Shown here: positions 23,309-36,430 of the stretch, in pieces
How positions within the stretch are numbered: position 1 is the stretch's first letter
How the letters are laid out: every line of letters begins with the position of its first letter
NCBI GenBank assembly: GCA_028023455.1
Contig: JAQFVV010000003.1
Span: forward strand, 21,328,001 to 21,392,000
Source of the DNA: Epiperipatus broadwayi
Taxonomy: Eukaryota; Animalia; Onychophora
Direction of reading: 5' to 3'
Length of the DNA: 64,000 bases
Notes under the pieces: model-generated
Told to the model about the DNA's origin: nothing
What the model saw: the letters and a program-made list of their open reading frames with translations, nothing else
Database searches by the model: none
Program-made: the position numbers and the translations under genes

Positions 23309-26300
23309 CTTATTAGCATACTTTTGTAAGGTGGTTAGGGCACTCACTTATCAATGATCAGCATTTGAATATTGATGAAAATTGGGCATTTTTAGTTATC
23401 ACATTTTCCATAAACTTATATTTTTTGGCCAGATAATTGGTCCACCGACCCAGTAACATTTTAAAATTATTCATCAGCAAACAAATATCTAATTCTTATA
23501 AAATATATGGTAAAATGATGAAAAAAAATATTTCATTAATTAATATTTGACTAACTTAGTAAGAAATAGGGTTTTTTGTATTGTTTCTTTGTAAAAGAAT
23601 TCTGGAAACAACTTTCCACTGCAGTAGAATATTTAAGTGTAAACTATTGACTAATAATACCGATTCTTGTTTTATTAATTTAACATAAGATAGCTAGTTA
23701 TTCAGAAAAGAGATTGTCAAGCAATAGTTGTTCTTGCTTTAATGTCAAATGTTAGTACAACTCTTATAAATGGAATAAACTTCTCAGTACAACTTTAAAA
23801 TGTTTGAAATTCAGTAAACTTTTAAAATTAGTTTGGTTTGTTGATATAAATTGTAAACCATAGTTGAGATAACATGTGATTTTGGATGCTTCCTAATTTT
23901 TGAAGATATAAAATAATATTAAAAAGAATTAATTGGTCTCATGAAGAGATCAAAATTTATTAATATTAATTTTAAAAAAGGCACCTATATTGGTCTTAGA
24001 CTTGATAAATACTTAAAAGAACGAAGTGTAATATTTGCAAATGATTTTGAATTAGATATCATTAATTTGTACAGAATCAATTATTATGAAATAACAAAAA
24101 AGAATAAAAATAGTACAATTGATGTTTTAGTTTCTAAAGATGTAGTAAAGCCAGTGTTTGTATATCATGGGTTAAGGTAATAAAACTTAAACAGATGCCA
24201 AACATAAATATTTTACTGAAGCCTTCTGGCTAGAAAAATTTATTTGAATTGTATCAATAGTAAAAAGAAAATAGAAGTGTGACATAAGACATTATATAAA
24301 GTATATCATAGAATGAAAGTTTTTCAGAATTCTTCAAAATTCCACTTCAAAGAGATAACTTAAAAAAACTTTTATTATTTAGACTGTTGTATTGTTATAA
24401 GGATTGGCTGCTTTATATTTTTTCTTCAGAGGATAGCAATGTATTTACTATGGAATAAAAATCTTGGCATTTGTTTAGATTAACTCAACTATCCAATGGC
24501 AGTCAGTAAATATGTATTTTTATTTAAAATATGATTATAGAAACACAGACTGTGAAAATAAAATAGGATTTAAATGTGTTATTCCTTCAATACTGTTGAG
24601 AGAGTTTTTGTAGTGCCAGGGTGCTGCATGTATGGTTATCTTTGTGTGTGCTTATATATATATAAATTCTCCAACTATGGATATAATTCTACATTATTAC
24701 TTCAATGCTCATCAAAAGAACATTAAACATAGTATTGAAAACAGCACCCAGAATTTTATATCACTGTTTATTATCCAATTTCTACTTCCATTCAAAACTT
24801 ATTACTTATATATCAATTCATAGCACATGTGTAAACAATAATTTTCTTTCACAATATTGCATATATAAAAATGACATATTAGTAATTATTTCTTATTTAT
24901 AAAAACTAATAAGATTCAATCTCACAGGTAGTTAAAAATTAAAAATTTTATTTTCCCTATGATATATAAACTGAACTTGTGCAAGTAATAGGCTGATTTA
25001 AAAATCAGGCTCATAAGAAGGCACAGCCAATAATTATTAATTTATTTCAAGAATAAACTCTAAGCATAAAGGGGAGAGTGAGTGTCAATTTATATTATAT
25101 GTGTAAAGTGTAGTTTCCTTCCACAATATTACTTATATATAAAAGTTATATTTAAAATATATATATAAACCATTGATCTATAAGAATACAAAAACTTTTT
25201 AACGTCATGAAAGCCTTCTTTATAGTTGTTGGGCATTTTTTAAATTAAAATGCAAATGAATTCTTAAAAAATTGGACCTAACGTAAAAGAGTTATGCTGG
25301 TCTTCAATCCAAGAACATTTACAGTTGATTCCATAAGTCTATCACTTCAGTAAATCACACAAGCCAATGGATCGATATATATAATTATATTATTAATTGA
25401 TTAAGAAGTCATATAATGTTCAAAAGTTTACGTTTCATATTATTGTTAAACTTTACACAGCTTAGAAGTGAATTTCAAATATTTAGCTCTTAATCCTACC
25501 ACTTTATGCCTGTGCTAAAATGCACAAAGGCTGAAAGTCTGCTTTCTTCTCTGGACAGAAAACTTAATATACATACACACGCAACAAATATATGATTAAA
25601 GTTTGTTTTTGTGCTAAAAAATATAGCTAATCATGCCACCTACTACTCCAGTCATAATTAATCACCAACATATTACAATCTTAAATGAAATTGATAACGA
25701 TGTTTGCTAGAAAAAATAATGAACCTAAACATCTTAATAAAAAATGAAAAATTTTATAATAAACATTTTTAATTGACAGCCTGTAGTTGTACAACTATGA
25801 GTCAGATTGACCTTTGACTTGATGCAAAAACTTACCGATCTATTCACCTATCCTTGTCAGATGGCGTCTTGAGTCTGAGTCTATTTACTTTTTCGTAAAG
25901 TATTTATAAAGCTATATATTTCAAAATACTGTATTTATTTTATAAAATATAAAACAAAGCCAATTTAAACAGAAATAATTAATATTATTCCAGTTAAAGC
26001 AAAAAACTTATTACTGCTATTATTATTTCATAAACAATATTTAAAAAGTAATACTTAATATTAATCAGGTAATAAAAAATTGGAAGTCCTAGATTCAAGC
26101 CCTACTGAAAAGTGAGTCTGAAATTTTCAAAATTCACCTCAAAATTTATTAATTCAACCTCTTTTCAAAAGTAAAAAACGAGAGATTGTATGTAATGAAA
26201 TTCTCAATACATAAATCTCCCGCTCCCTCCTCAAAATAAAATAATTTCAAGTTTTTCATAAAATCTTAGAATTAGAACGTTAATGTATCCGCCTGTTATT

Positions 26301-26589
26301 TTCATGAGCTGGAAATTTTTTCAAATAATTAAATAATTGCTAAGAAAGCTTAGAATTTTTTGGATAGACAACCCTTAACCAAACTACTATTTCTCAGTAT
26401 CGGACAGCAAATAGAGGTTCTAGCTATTGTTTGTTAAAGAACAAAGTAAGTTCCAGAATAATTTATATTACTTGATTGAATAAAAGTGTGCTAACCACAA
26501 AAAAAATATAGAGACATACAATTAAAGTATAATACAACTATCTTGTCAATTTTTACGTAAACAAAATAGATTGAACACATACATATATA

Positions 26590-27700
26590 TCATCATCATC
26601 AACCATTATCAATCCACTGCAGGATGAAGGTCTCTCCAAGTTCAATTCATCTTCTCTGATCTTTAGCTTTTCTTCTCCACATCACCCCTGTATACTTTCT
26701 TATTTCATCCATCTATCTTACATGTGGTTTCTTTCTGGGTCTTTTATAATCTCTTGGAATCCGGTTTAAGATTTCAATTGTCCATCTATTATCATCTCTT
26801 CTAACAATATTTCCAGCCCAACTCCAGTCTTTTAATTTTTTCAATAAGGTCAGTAACACCTATTTGTTCTCTTACCTATATATTATGTCTCTGTATTGCT
26901 CTTCAATTAAGTGTCCAAGTCTCAGATCCATAAGTAAATACTGGTAAAAATTTTACTTTTATTAAAAACCTTTCTTTTCAAACACATAGGCATATTTCAT
27001 TTTAGTACCAAGTTATTTTTACCAAAAGCACTCTGACCAAGTTTAATTCTATGATTAATTTCATCCATTATGTTTCCATCTGTATTAATAATCTGACCAA
27101 GGTATTTATAACTTTTAACTTTTTCTAACTCATCATAATCAATCTTTATATTCATATTTTGAGAAAATTCATTAATCATTACTCTAGTCTTTTTAACATT
27201 TAGCTTTAGTCCTACTTTCCTATTTTTATCTGATAACTCCTACAACATTTTCTGCAGCTCTAAAGCATTATTTGCAAAAACAACTATATCATCTGAAAAA
27301 TCTAAATGACTTAAATAATCTCCATTTATTTTCACTGCTTTAGCTTCCAATTTTAATCCACAAAATATTTCTTGCAGCACTGCTGTAAAAAGTTTTGGAG
27401 ATATGGATTCACCCTGTCTTACATCCTTCTCAATATTGCCTTTCGTAATATGATTATGTAATCTAATTGTTGATGTTGCATTTTTATAAATATTCTTTAA
27501 AATATGACAATATCCTGGATCTATATCTTGATGATCCAATGCTTTTTTAATCTTTGAAGAAATGTTTATAGAATCAAATGCCTTTTCATAATCCACAAAT
27601 CCAAAGCATAATGGCAACTCATATTCATTTGTCTTTTCTATAACTTCCCTCATTACCTGGATATGATCTTCTGTACTAAAATCACTTTTAAATCCAGCTC
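26590..27700 (-). mobile_element. RTE-clade LINE, 5'-truncated, RT domain
   Basis: AGFKSDFSTEDHIQVMREVIEK...FVDYEKAFDSI...VRQGESISPKLF...FSDDIVVF (ORF 27240-27653), YKYLGQ (26997-27179). (TGA)n tail at about 26590-26600. Confidence 0.95.
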
Positions 27701-27701
27701 A

Positions 27702-27770
27702 ACACACCTTTATCCCAGTTAACTAAAACAATTGTCGACACACCTTTATCCCAGTTAACTAAAACAATTG
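27702..27770. repeat. 36-bp tandem duplication at the RTE 5' junction
   Basis: acacacctttatcccagttaactaaaacaattg starts at 27702 and 27738. Confidence 0.9.
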
Positions 27771-27789
27771 ATTCTCAGAATATCTGTAA

Positions 27790-28470
27790 AATAAAATCTC
27801 ACATAATAATGAGTTTCTATTGGGAAAAAAATCCATTGCTTTAAATTCAAAATGTAAAAAAAAATTGATTAAAAAATAAATCTTAAATTTAAAAAAGTAT
27901 TAATTAATAAGTAAACATTTTATTTAGTGTATTATTCAAAAAAGAATATTGATTTGTGGGTAAATATAATATTTAACAAAGATTTTGGTACTATAAATTC
28001 AAAAGAATATATATATAATTTTTCCATTACTGATCTGTCATTTTGCAAACAATGAGTCCAAAATGCCGAATAAAATAAAATTTCATCTAAAAAATAACAA
28101 TTATAATGAGATTCTATGGGGAGGGGGGGATTAATTTATTACTTTAAATTCAAAATGTAAAAAAAAATTAATTAAAAAAATAATGCTTAAATTTAAAAAA
28201 CATGTTAATTAATGACTAAACATTTTATTTAGCATTTTAATTTTTTAAAAAAAAATTAATCTGTGGGTATTATTTAAAAACATTTTGGTAGCTATAATTT
28301 TAAAAGAAAAAATATATATAATTTTTTCCCCATATGTCAAAGCATCGGCCGGGAGGCGAACCCACAACCGTCTGCAACCAACTACTTCCTTGCAAGATGG
28401 TTGCGATGACCTCTCGGCTAACAACGCCTGACTAAATATATATAATTTTTCTATTACTGATCTGCCATTT
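27790..28470. repeat. About 260-bp tandem duplication; the second copy carries a SINE insertion
   Basis: 27790-28046 aligns with 28075-28470 once the SINE is removed. Confidence 0.8.
28329..28433 (-). mobile_element. tRNA-derived SINE, long-variable-arm subfamily
   Basis: 87-nt tRNA-like body 28341-28427. TSD aaatatatataattttt at 28310-28326 and 28434-28450. Confidence 0.8.
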
Positions 28471-29559
28471 TGCTTTTAAATAGCTACAGTATATTTCCTT
28501 AATTATAATTCATTGAATTAAAATAAAGCATGAATTTATATATATATATAAAACCTAACTACAATGTACATTTTACAATTTTAAAAAATTATTTAACATA
28601 ATATACATTTTAAAATTACTTTTTATACACTCTATATTCAATTATTAACTGCTTTATTTTTATAATTTTAATTGATAAATATTTGAATTTAATTTGTAAG
28701 GTTGTTAATTTGCAAGCAAATAAATATTATGTACAGTTACTGTTGTAGTTTAAATTAATTAAATCTTTTTCTTTTGCCGATCTATATTTATAAGAAATAT
28801 ATCTTAAATAAGTTACAAATTACAAGATAATTGAATTAAATTTGAAAAAATAAATGAGATTTTAAGCTTACATTTAATAACCGTTGATTAAATAAGGTTG
28901 ATTATTAGCTGTGTAATGCATGAAATCATTCCTCCCTCCCCAATCACCAAATAACCTGATTATAATAACTATTACAGTCTTTGTATTTTACCTAGGCAAA
29001 ATAATGTTCATAAAAATTTTAATTCATAAAACTAATTAAATAAATATAAATTAGCTAATATACATGCTTTATGACTAAATATTAATACACTTTTGTTGTT
29101 GTACATGATCAAAGTATGTTAGTTACTGTGCTGAATAAAGTTGGTGGGTTTTTTTTTATTTTGTAATAGTTAAAGATGAAAATATTTTCTTTTAATATAT
29201 CATAAATTAAAGCACTGAATGCTTTGTAAAGTCCCTGGATGGAAATTAAATAAAGTGCATTAATCATATTTTAATCCTGCAATCAAAATAATATATTATA
29301 TTATGAATAAAATTTATTGTGCTTTTTTAGAAGGAATGTCAGTATTTTATTTTTGAAAGATGCAGCATTGATGAAGTCACTATCTTATGACACCATTGTG
29401 AAAAAATTGCAGTTATTTTTTTTTAAAAAGTTTTGAATTTTTTTTAAAGGTCATAATAGCAAATAATTGATTGTAAATTAAAATAATGGGTACAAATTTA
29501 TGTTAGTCACTATGGCAAATTCTCTCATAAAGGCCCATCATTAAATGGGGTAAAGATAT

Positions 29560-30270
29560 ATAGATTTTAAAAAGTTTTTTGCTCTTATTGATCATGAATT
29601 CCTTTTTTTTATGTCTAGAAAATATGGAATTCATGGCAAAAATTGAAGCTTACTGAAGAACTACTTAAAAGATAAATATATTATTAAAATTAATAGAGCT
29701 TTGAGTGGTCAATGTTTACTTGAATATGGAGTTCCTCAGAGATCTATTTTGAGTTCTTTATCATTCTTAATCTATGTTAATGATCTTGGTAAAATTTGTA
29801 ATAAAAACCTAATTTATCAGTATGCAGATGATACTATTTTAATTAGTACAAATTCAAATCCTGGAGTTACTTTCAACTAATCTTCAAAATAACTATAATA
29901 ATATTATTCATTGGTATTCTGCTAAAAAAAATTATTAATAATAAAAATAAGACAAAAGTTAAACTAATATCTTTACTTCATTTAAAAAAAGAAATTTTCA
30001 CTCACTCCAACACTTGTATTTAAAAATACCTATAATTTTCAGTTTAATGATTTGCATACAAGTTGAAGAGATTGAAAAGATTAAATATCTTGGTGTTATT
30101 ATTGATAATAGAATGTCACGATCACATCAATCAACTTTTATAAAGGTTCAAACATTTTAATTTATATTTTATAGATTGTCTTTTTTTTACCATACAATAT
30201 AGTAATAATAAATATATAGGGAATTATGTGAGTCTCTATTATGATATGGAATTACACTATATGTTTTTTC
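29560..30270 (+). mobile_element. CR1/L2/Jockey-superfamily LINE RT fragment
   Basis: YGVPQRSILSSLSFLIYVNDL, YQYADDT and KYLGVIIDNRMS motifs. Confidence 0.8.
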
Positions 30271-30286
30271 AAGTATATCAAATTTA

Positions 30287-30509
30287 TCACCTGATCACTA
30301 TCTTTTATGCTAGCATATAATTGTTATTAAACAGGCAAAACTCTCCATACAATAGTGCCACCCTGTGCCAACCAGAGTAATCAATGGATGCCAGAAGGAT
30401 TGTGCCTATGGGTAGGCACTAGATGGGGATTTTATGCACAAGCCTTCTGGTATCCATTGATTACTCTGGTTGGCACAGGGTGGTACTACTATATGGAGAG
30501 TTTTGCCTG
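30287..30509. mobile_element. Fold-back family, best-preserved copy
   Basis: About 80-bp near-perfect arms. Near-TSD tat(c/t)aaattta at 30276-30286 and 30510-30520. Confidence 0.85.
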
Positions 30510-30778
30510 TATTAAATTTAAAATGGTTAAAGATATTTCATAGTAAGATTATAAAACTAATACAAAATACATCACATATTGATGATAAAAATAGTGATTT
30601 ATTTGCTTTTGATAAACTTTTACAGATTGTAATTATTAAGAGATTATTTTAATGATTCATTTAAAAACTATAAAATATCTAATTATAGAAGTTCCCTTAG
30701 AAATAAAAATATCATTTCATTCAATTATAGAAACAAATACATGGAAGTAGATTAATTACCATTATACAGTATATGGGT

Positions 30779-30875
30779 TTTTTTTTTCATATGTCAAAGC
30801 ATTGACTGGGAAGCGAACCCGGGCCAGCTGCTTGGAAGGCAGCCATGCTAACCACGAGGCCATCAACACTTGACT
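30779..30875 (-). mobile_element. tRNA-Gly(TCC)-derived SINE / retro-tRNA
   Basis: Body 30798-30869: GTGTTGA TG GCCTCGTGGTTAGCAT G GCTGC CTTCCAA GCAGC TGGC CCGGG TTCGCTT CCCAG TCAATGC. Family-specific T-loop C58, plus tttgacatatg and an A-tail. Confidence 0.85.
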
Positions 30876-31749
30876 AACATTATATATGTTGAATATAAAA
30901 AGTATGGGATTGTTAAAAAAAGAACTAAAAAAATAACTTTCATGTATTTAAAATTTATAGTATTGGTTTTATTTTATATTCAATTTATTATTTTTAATAG
31001 GTATGCAATTTTCGATTTTTATTTTATATTCTGCGCATTACTTTTAATGTGTATTTCATTGTTATTTCTGTATTATAATGAATTCTTTTGTTATAAGATT
31101 ATGTTAACTATTTTTATAAAATAATTATATAATATTTGTAAAAACCCATGAAAAGCATTGACTTTGTTTATTAAATATATTTCTTAGATGTAATCAAAAT
31201 AAAATACAAGTAAATAAATAATATAATATAAATATTATTATTTATTTTGTCTGTCTAGAGCTTATACATTCTATTGATAAATGGTATAATGTTGAAGTCC
31301 TGCACTATAATTTAAATATTAATATAACAACAACAAAATAATATTTGAAAAATGATGACATACTTAAATATTTTTTAAAAATATGCAACTTTTTCGTGAC
31401 TTTAATACATTATTTATTTTAATAGCTATTAACTATAATTATGTAATTTCTTTTGAATCTTATAGTAAAATTAAGAATCATATAATTGTTTTGTATTTAT
31501 TATTTGACCTAAAAAAAATTAATTTTGAGATAATTATAAAATAAATAAAGATATTAATTTTTAATTCAAAAATCTGATACTTCAACACAATCGAGTGAGA
31601 GAGTAAAAAAATCCATAGAAATTTTAGAAAGCAATTAATACGCTTTCTTATTATATATCATCAGTAATCCAGTAAAAAGATAAGTCCACCATATTCATCT
31701 ATTAAAAAGTTTTGTACGTTGTTGTAATTTTCTTCCACTCATGTGTATT

Positions 31750-32330
31750 TTTTTATTTTAGGTCATGAAACAACTTTTTTCTCCCATTTCACCTTTTCTT
31801 ATCTTCCACAGATCTTTTCAGCCTCTAAGTATGTGCCCAACCTAATTTTAATCTTCTTTTAATATTTTACACATAACGCCTCTTTTCAATTATTTTTTTT
31901 TTAAATATTGCCAATCATAATTATTCAAAATAAGAGTACTAAACTTTCTATACAGTAGTATCACTAAGTGCAAATCTTTGTAGAGAGTTTGGTATTTTTA
32001 TTAACAACATGTGTGAGCATATGAAATGGTGATCATGTGACATATTATTCATGTTATCTTCTTTTTTTTTTCCAAATCCATATCTCATAAGTCTTCTTTT
32101 TTAATCACCCTTTTTATAATCATCCAAATCTGTCTTTATACAACAGCTATCTTAAAGAAATCGCATTTTTAATTTAACTTTAATGGGGTTAAACTGAAAG
32201 TCTATTTAACTTTCATCACTTTTTATTTTAATATATTAATCAGTTCTTTCTTCTTCAACAACTTTTTAAATGCCTAAAAGTATAAATTTAAGTCTTTTTA
32301 TCCAGCTGTCATTTTTTTCTTTTATTAGTA
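31750..32330 (-). mobile_element. Heavily decayed RTE-like 3' region, with a decayed fold-back family copy at about 31940-32050
   Basis: TYEIWIWKK (cf. FEMWIWRR) and VGHILRG motifs. Confidence 0.45.
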
Positions 32331-32902
32331 ATTCTAATAATCCTTACTATGCATTTATTTAAATATATTAACTTTCATATTAAACTTATTACAAAGTTCA
32401 TTAATTTTATTTTACACTTTGTTAACATTTTTGAAATCTGAAAGTACTATCATGTCATAGAGTAAAGTGATTCTGACTTCTTCTACTAATTCTATCATAT
32501 CAAACCATTATTCATTTAAGTATATATTATACAAAACGGTAAAATAGACATCCTGTTTTACACTCTTTTCTATAAAAAAAAAAAAAAGAAAGTCAATAAG
32601 CACCTTTTATTCTAAACATGCTATTAAAGCTCATTTCTATTTTCAAACATCTTAATGTTTTGAATGCAAGTTTAAACATCTTTTTTTGCATTTTTAACAA
32701 ATAAATAAATTATAAAGATATATATAAAAATGTATGCACTATGTATACATATTATATCCATAGAAAACAAATATAAAAAGAAAAATAACTATAAAATGAT
32801 AAAACATATATATATATGATTGGAGTGCAATCTGAAAGTTATATGTGCAGTTTGAGTATTATAATTGACTATTTGTTAGTTTCTATTCAGAACAGTTATA
32901 TT

Positions 32903-33050
32903 TACCTGTTGAATGAGGTTTATTTAAACTTTTTTGTAATAATAATTTTATTAAGTTGCAATCTTTAGGATTTATATACCTGTTGAATGAGGTTTATTTA
33001 AACTTTTTTGTAATAATAATTTTATTAAGTTGCAATCTTTAGGATCTATA
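32903..33050. repeat. 74-bp tandem duplication
   Basis: tacctgttgaatgagg... starts at 32903 and 32977. Confidence 0.95.
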
Positions 33051-33399
33051 TAATAGACCATATATAAAGATGGATTTTCACCTTTGTTGTTTAAAGGAGG
33101 TTACCTTGACAACAGATTGAGATTGTTGATTGTTACTGATATTGGTATTATTTAAGTATTGACCGCTTTAATGTATTTATATATATGTGTGTGTGTGTGT
33201 GTTTATGGGTTTTGTAAATAAGCAAAAAAATAACCTAATTATAGTTTAAAACTTTGAAGAAAACTGCTGGACAGCGCAGATAGCATTTTATAAATTAATA
33301 TATTTTTTTAATTTCTTAAAAATATTTTTTGACATTAGCATTTATCCAAGGGTTATTTACACATTTTATTATCCAATTAATTTTATAATTTTTGAATAT

Positions 33400-33950
33400 T
33401 TTTCCATTTAATATCCCTTTTTTTTTTCTTACTTTAGATCTTTTTATACTCTTAAAATTTATATTCAATTTCCCAATGTGATTTGCATTGTATTCTTCAT
33501 GGTACTATTATATAATCTAATTGAAGTCATTTTTTACTATTTTCAGCTTTATTTGCATAAGTATTTTTCTTGAGTCTTTTGCATCTTGCAATTATTATTA
33601 CCATAGTATATTTTTTATAAAAATCTATCTTCTTTTTGTCTTTGCCATTTTTTAACTATAAACTATAATCTCTCACAATTTATCAGCTTTTCTTGTTTAC
33701 TATAGCATACCTATTCCTCATTTTTATTATACAACCATTTTTGTGTATTCATTATAACTTATGATTTTTGTATACATAATCTTAATATCTGCAATAATTT
33801 GTTGGTTGGTTACCATTTAATTCTGTATAATTACTAGATTTTCTCATATTAGTTTTTATTCTTATTTCCATCAACTTATTATCTATTGATTTGCTATTTA
33901 CAAAACTTTCTCTTGATTGTAAAATTATATATATTGTTGTATGTATAATT
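33400..33950 (-). mobile_element. Possible decayed LINE AP-endonuclease region
   Basis: Weak motifs MGNNNCK (cf. MGDFNAK) and QLDYIIV (cf. QIDYILV). Confidence 0.35.
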
Positions 33951-34249
33951 TTGTTTTTCAATTTATGGAAATCTCAGATATTTGTAAATCAAAATCAGAA
34001 TGATGTATTTATACTGTAGAGTATCTTTCATTTTTTTATTAATTTTATTTCTAATTAATCAATAATTTTATTAATAATTAAGTTATTTTAGTGAAGTGGA
34101 ATTGATTAAATATTAAGTAATTTCTCTTGTTCACATCAATAATCATAGAAACCTTATGAATTAAGTAGCTAACTCTGATGTAACAGTGTTATGGGATGTG
34201 TGTGTGGACATCTATATAATTTTTAGAATTATTTATAAATGTAACTAAG

Positions 34250-34799
34250 TAATATTTATTAAGGCTGTAGCCTCAAGCACATGCATATAAAAATGTGATA
34301 GTAGGGACCTCTACAGGTCTTAAACCACAAGCTTACTCTTTGGAAGAAAAGAGGAGAACCCTCTTTACTTCAATCTACTTTCTATTTAAATAGGTGAAGC
34401 TGAAGCGGTTCAATCTGAGAGCGTGAATCTATTCAATACTTCACAAATTAAGTCCACATTTTTTATTACACATTAATACTCATGAAATCTTTTGATTTAC
34501 AGTGAGTCAATGGAAAGATTTTATAGTTAGAAATCTATTACGATAATTTAAAGTTGTAATTATAAATTTATTTAAACGCACATTGATTACGTAAGTAATA
34601 TTTATTAAGGCTGTAGCCTCAAGCATATGCATATAAAAATGTGATAGTAGGGACCTCTACAGGTCTTAAACCACAATCTTACTCTTTGGAAGAAAAGAGG
34701 AGAACCCTAGAGGTCCCTACTATCGCATTTTTATACGTATGTGCTTGAGGCTACAGCCTTAATAAATATTACTTACGTAATCAACGTGAGTTTAAATAA
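34250..34799. mobile_element. Non-coding tandem (346-bp period) plus fold-back insertion with 19-bp TSD
   Basis: Units start at 34249 and 34595. 34709-34799 is the inverse of about 34560-34654. atttataaatgtaactaag at 34231-34249 and 34800-34818. Confidence 0.9.
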
Positions 34800-35264
34800 A
34801 TTTATAAATGTAACTAAGGTAATAAAGGTTACTTTTAAGGTCCATTCACTTTATTTATATGTTTTTAAGATGATAATTAATAATTCATTGCTGGCCTGTA
34901 CACTCATGGTACCAGATGATCCTGAGCATTGAAATTAAGATTCCCAGTGTTTTTTGATATATGCTTAATTTTGTAGTTATTATTAGTGTTTATGTTTGTG
35001 TGTGGAATAAGAAATATTGATGATTGCCCTTTTATAAAATTGTGGCCCAAGTATGGTACTGACTTGATGGTGATTAGCCTAAGATTTTAATGTACAAAAA
35101 TGATTCTTGGTAATTATTAACCTGCTACTAGGATTACATATATTACATTTGATTTGTTGATTATTTGCTGTTTCTCTACTCTTATTCAGAGTAAATCTTA
35201 TTAACATTTCTTTATTCCCATACAAATCACCTATTTCCATAACATTATAATACACACACAGAGA

Positions 35265-35267
<3 letters not shown>

Positions 35268-35324
<57 letters not shown>
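35268..35324. repeat. (TA)n microsatellite
   Basis: Direct reading. Confidence 0.95.
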
Positions 35325-35326
<2 letters not shown>

Positions 35327-35842
35327 GAAAGTTTGGACAGCTTTCAATTTTGTTTTACCCTCTAGCTAATAATAATAGGCTAGATGCTCATTTACTGCTC
35401 AATATTAAATGTTTAATTAAAATGACTATGAGTTCACTATGTGAAAAACAAAATCCATGCCTGTTACAAATATTTTTGCAAATTTGAACTCATAGCTGGT
35501 GAATGGGCTATGATTGTGCTATGAGTGTTCCACACCCATGTTTATATATATAATAACAAAGGTAAACTTAGGATTAAACACCTACAGGAGTTTCATATCC
35601 ACACTATGAGAATAAAGTTTACATTGTATTATTGCTTTGCAATCAGCGTTTCAACCTTCTTCTGACAAAATTATATTAACCTGGTTTCTTTACCCTCTAT
35701 CCAATTACAACTATTATTTATTAAAAATTCTGATTAGCCAGCTATCACCTAATTCAAATTCCATGTTATTGTCAGGGTAGAAAGATGTGCTGACTGTTAT
35801 ATCATGAGTTTTTTCATATATATGTATATATAATTATAAGGG

Positions 35843-36430
35843 ATTTAAATCCAGAATTTTAAGCTCCCTTCAGCTATTCAATCTATCTCATACAACTGAT
35901 ACACATGACCACATACATGTGAAAAGGATAAATGATCTCCAATATATATGTATTTCATGCTGAACCAGCTCTCATCAGTTGGTCCAGATCATCATCTTCC
36001 ACACATGTATATAATCAGTACTCAGTTTATATTAAGATAGCAAATCTTCAAACTTTAATGGATAGGCTTCTTCTACTCCACCATCCAAGCTCTTCAGCCT
36101 TCAATACTATTAAAAATCTGAAGATGGAATGCCCAAATCCCTTGATGATGCCAATATTGTTGTTATGCCCATGTTGACCTTAAGTCATTCTGACCCCTCA
36201 TGTATAGGACCTTGTCCATTTAAATATCTAGAAAGGGGGATGAATGCTGATTATATAAATATGTGTGGGAGCTGAACTGATGAGTGCTGGTTCAGCATAA
36301 AATACATATATCGGAGATTCATAATTTTTCACATGTATGTGGTCATGTATATCGGCTGTATGAGATAGATTGGATAGCTGAAGAGATCTTGAAAGTCTGG
36401 TTTTAAATTCCCTATAAATACATCTAGATT
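35843..36430. ncRNA. Family-1 retrozyme-like fold-back pair with HHRs on both strands
   Basis: Minus HHR about 35933-35992 (CTGATGA 35978-35972, GAAA intact, one stem II mismatch). Plus HHR CTGATGA 36277-36283 with a G12A lesion. Confidence 0.8.

Noticed and set aside
23941-24180. 79-aa ORF
   Set aside because: No recognisable motif or splice context; AT-rich composition explains it.
25800-25910. Possible minus-strand exon ending at atcg|gtaagt
   Set aside because: No open frame from a plausible acceptor; cannot be supported without RNA data.
30798-30869. Functional tRNA-Gly gene
   Set aside because: T-loop A58C, a T-stem mismatch, and a shared non-tRNA tail and poly-A with TSD-flanked copies indicate a retroposed repeat.
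31630-31670. HHR-like string on the minus strand (gatta-CTGATGA...GAAAgcgtat-taatt)
   Set aside because: Stem II does not pair and position 16.1 is A. At best a dead remnant.
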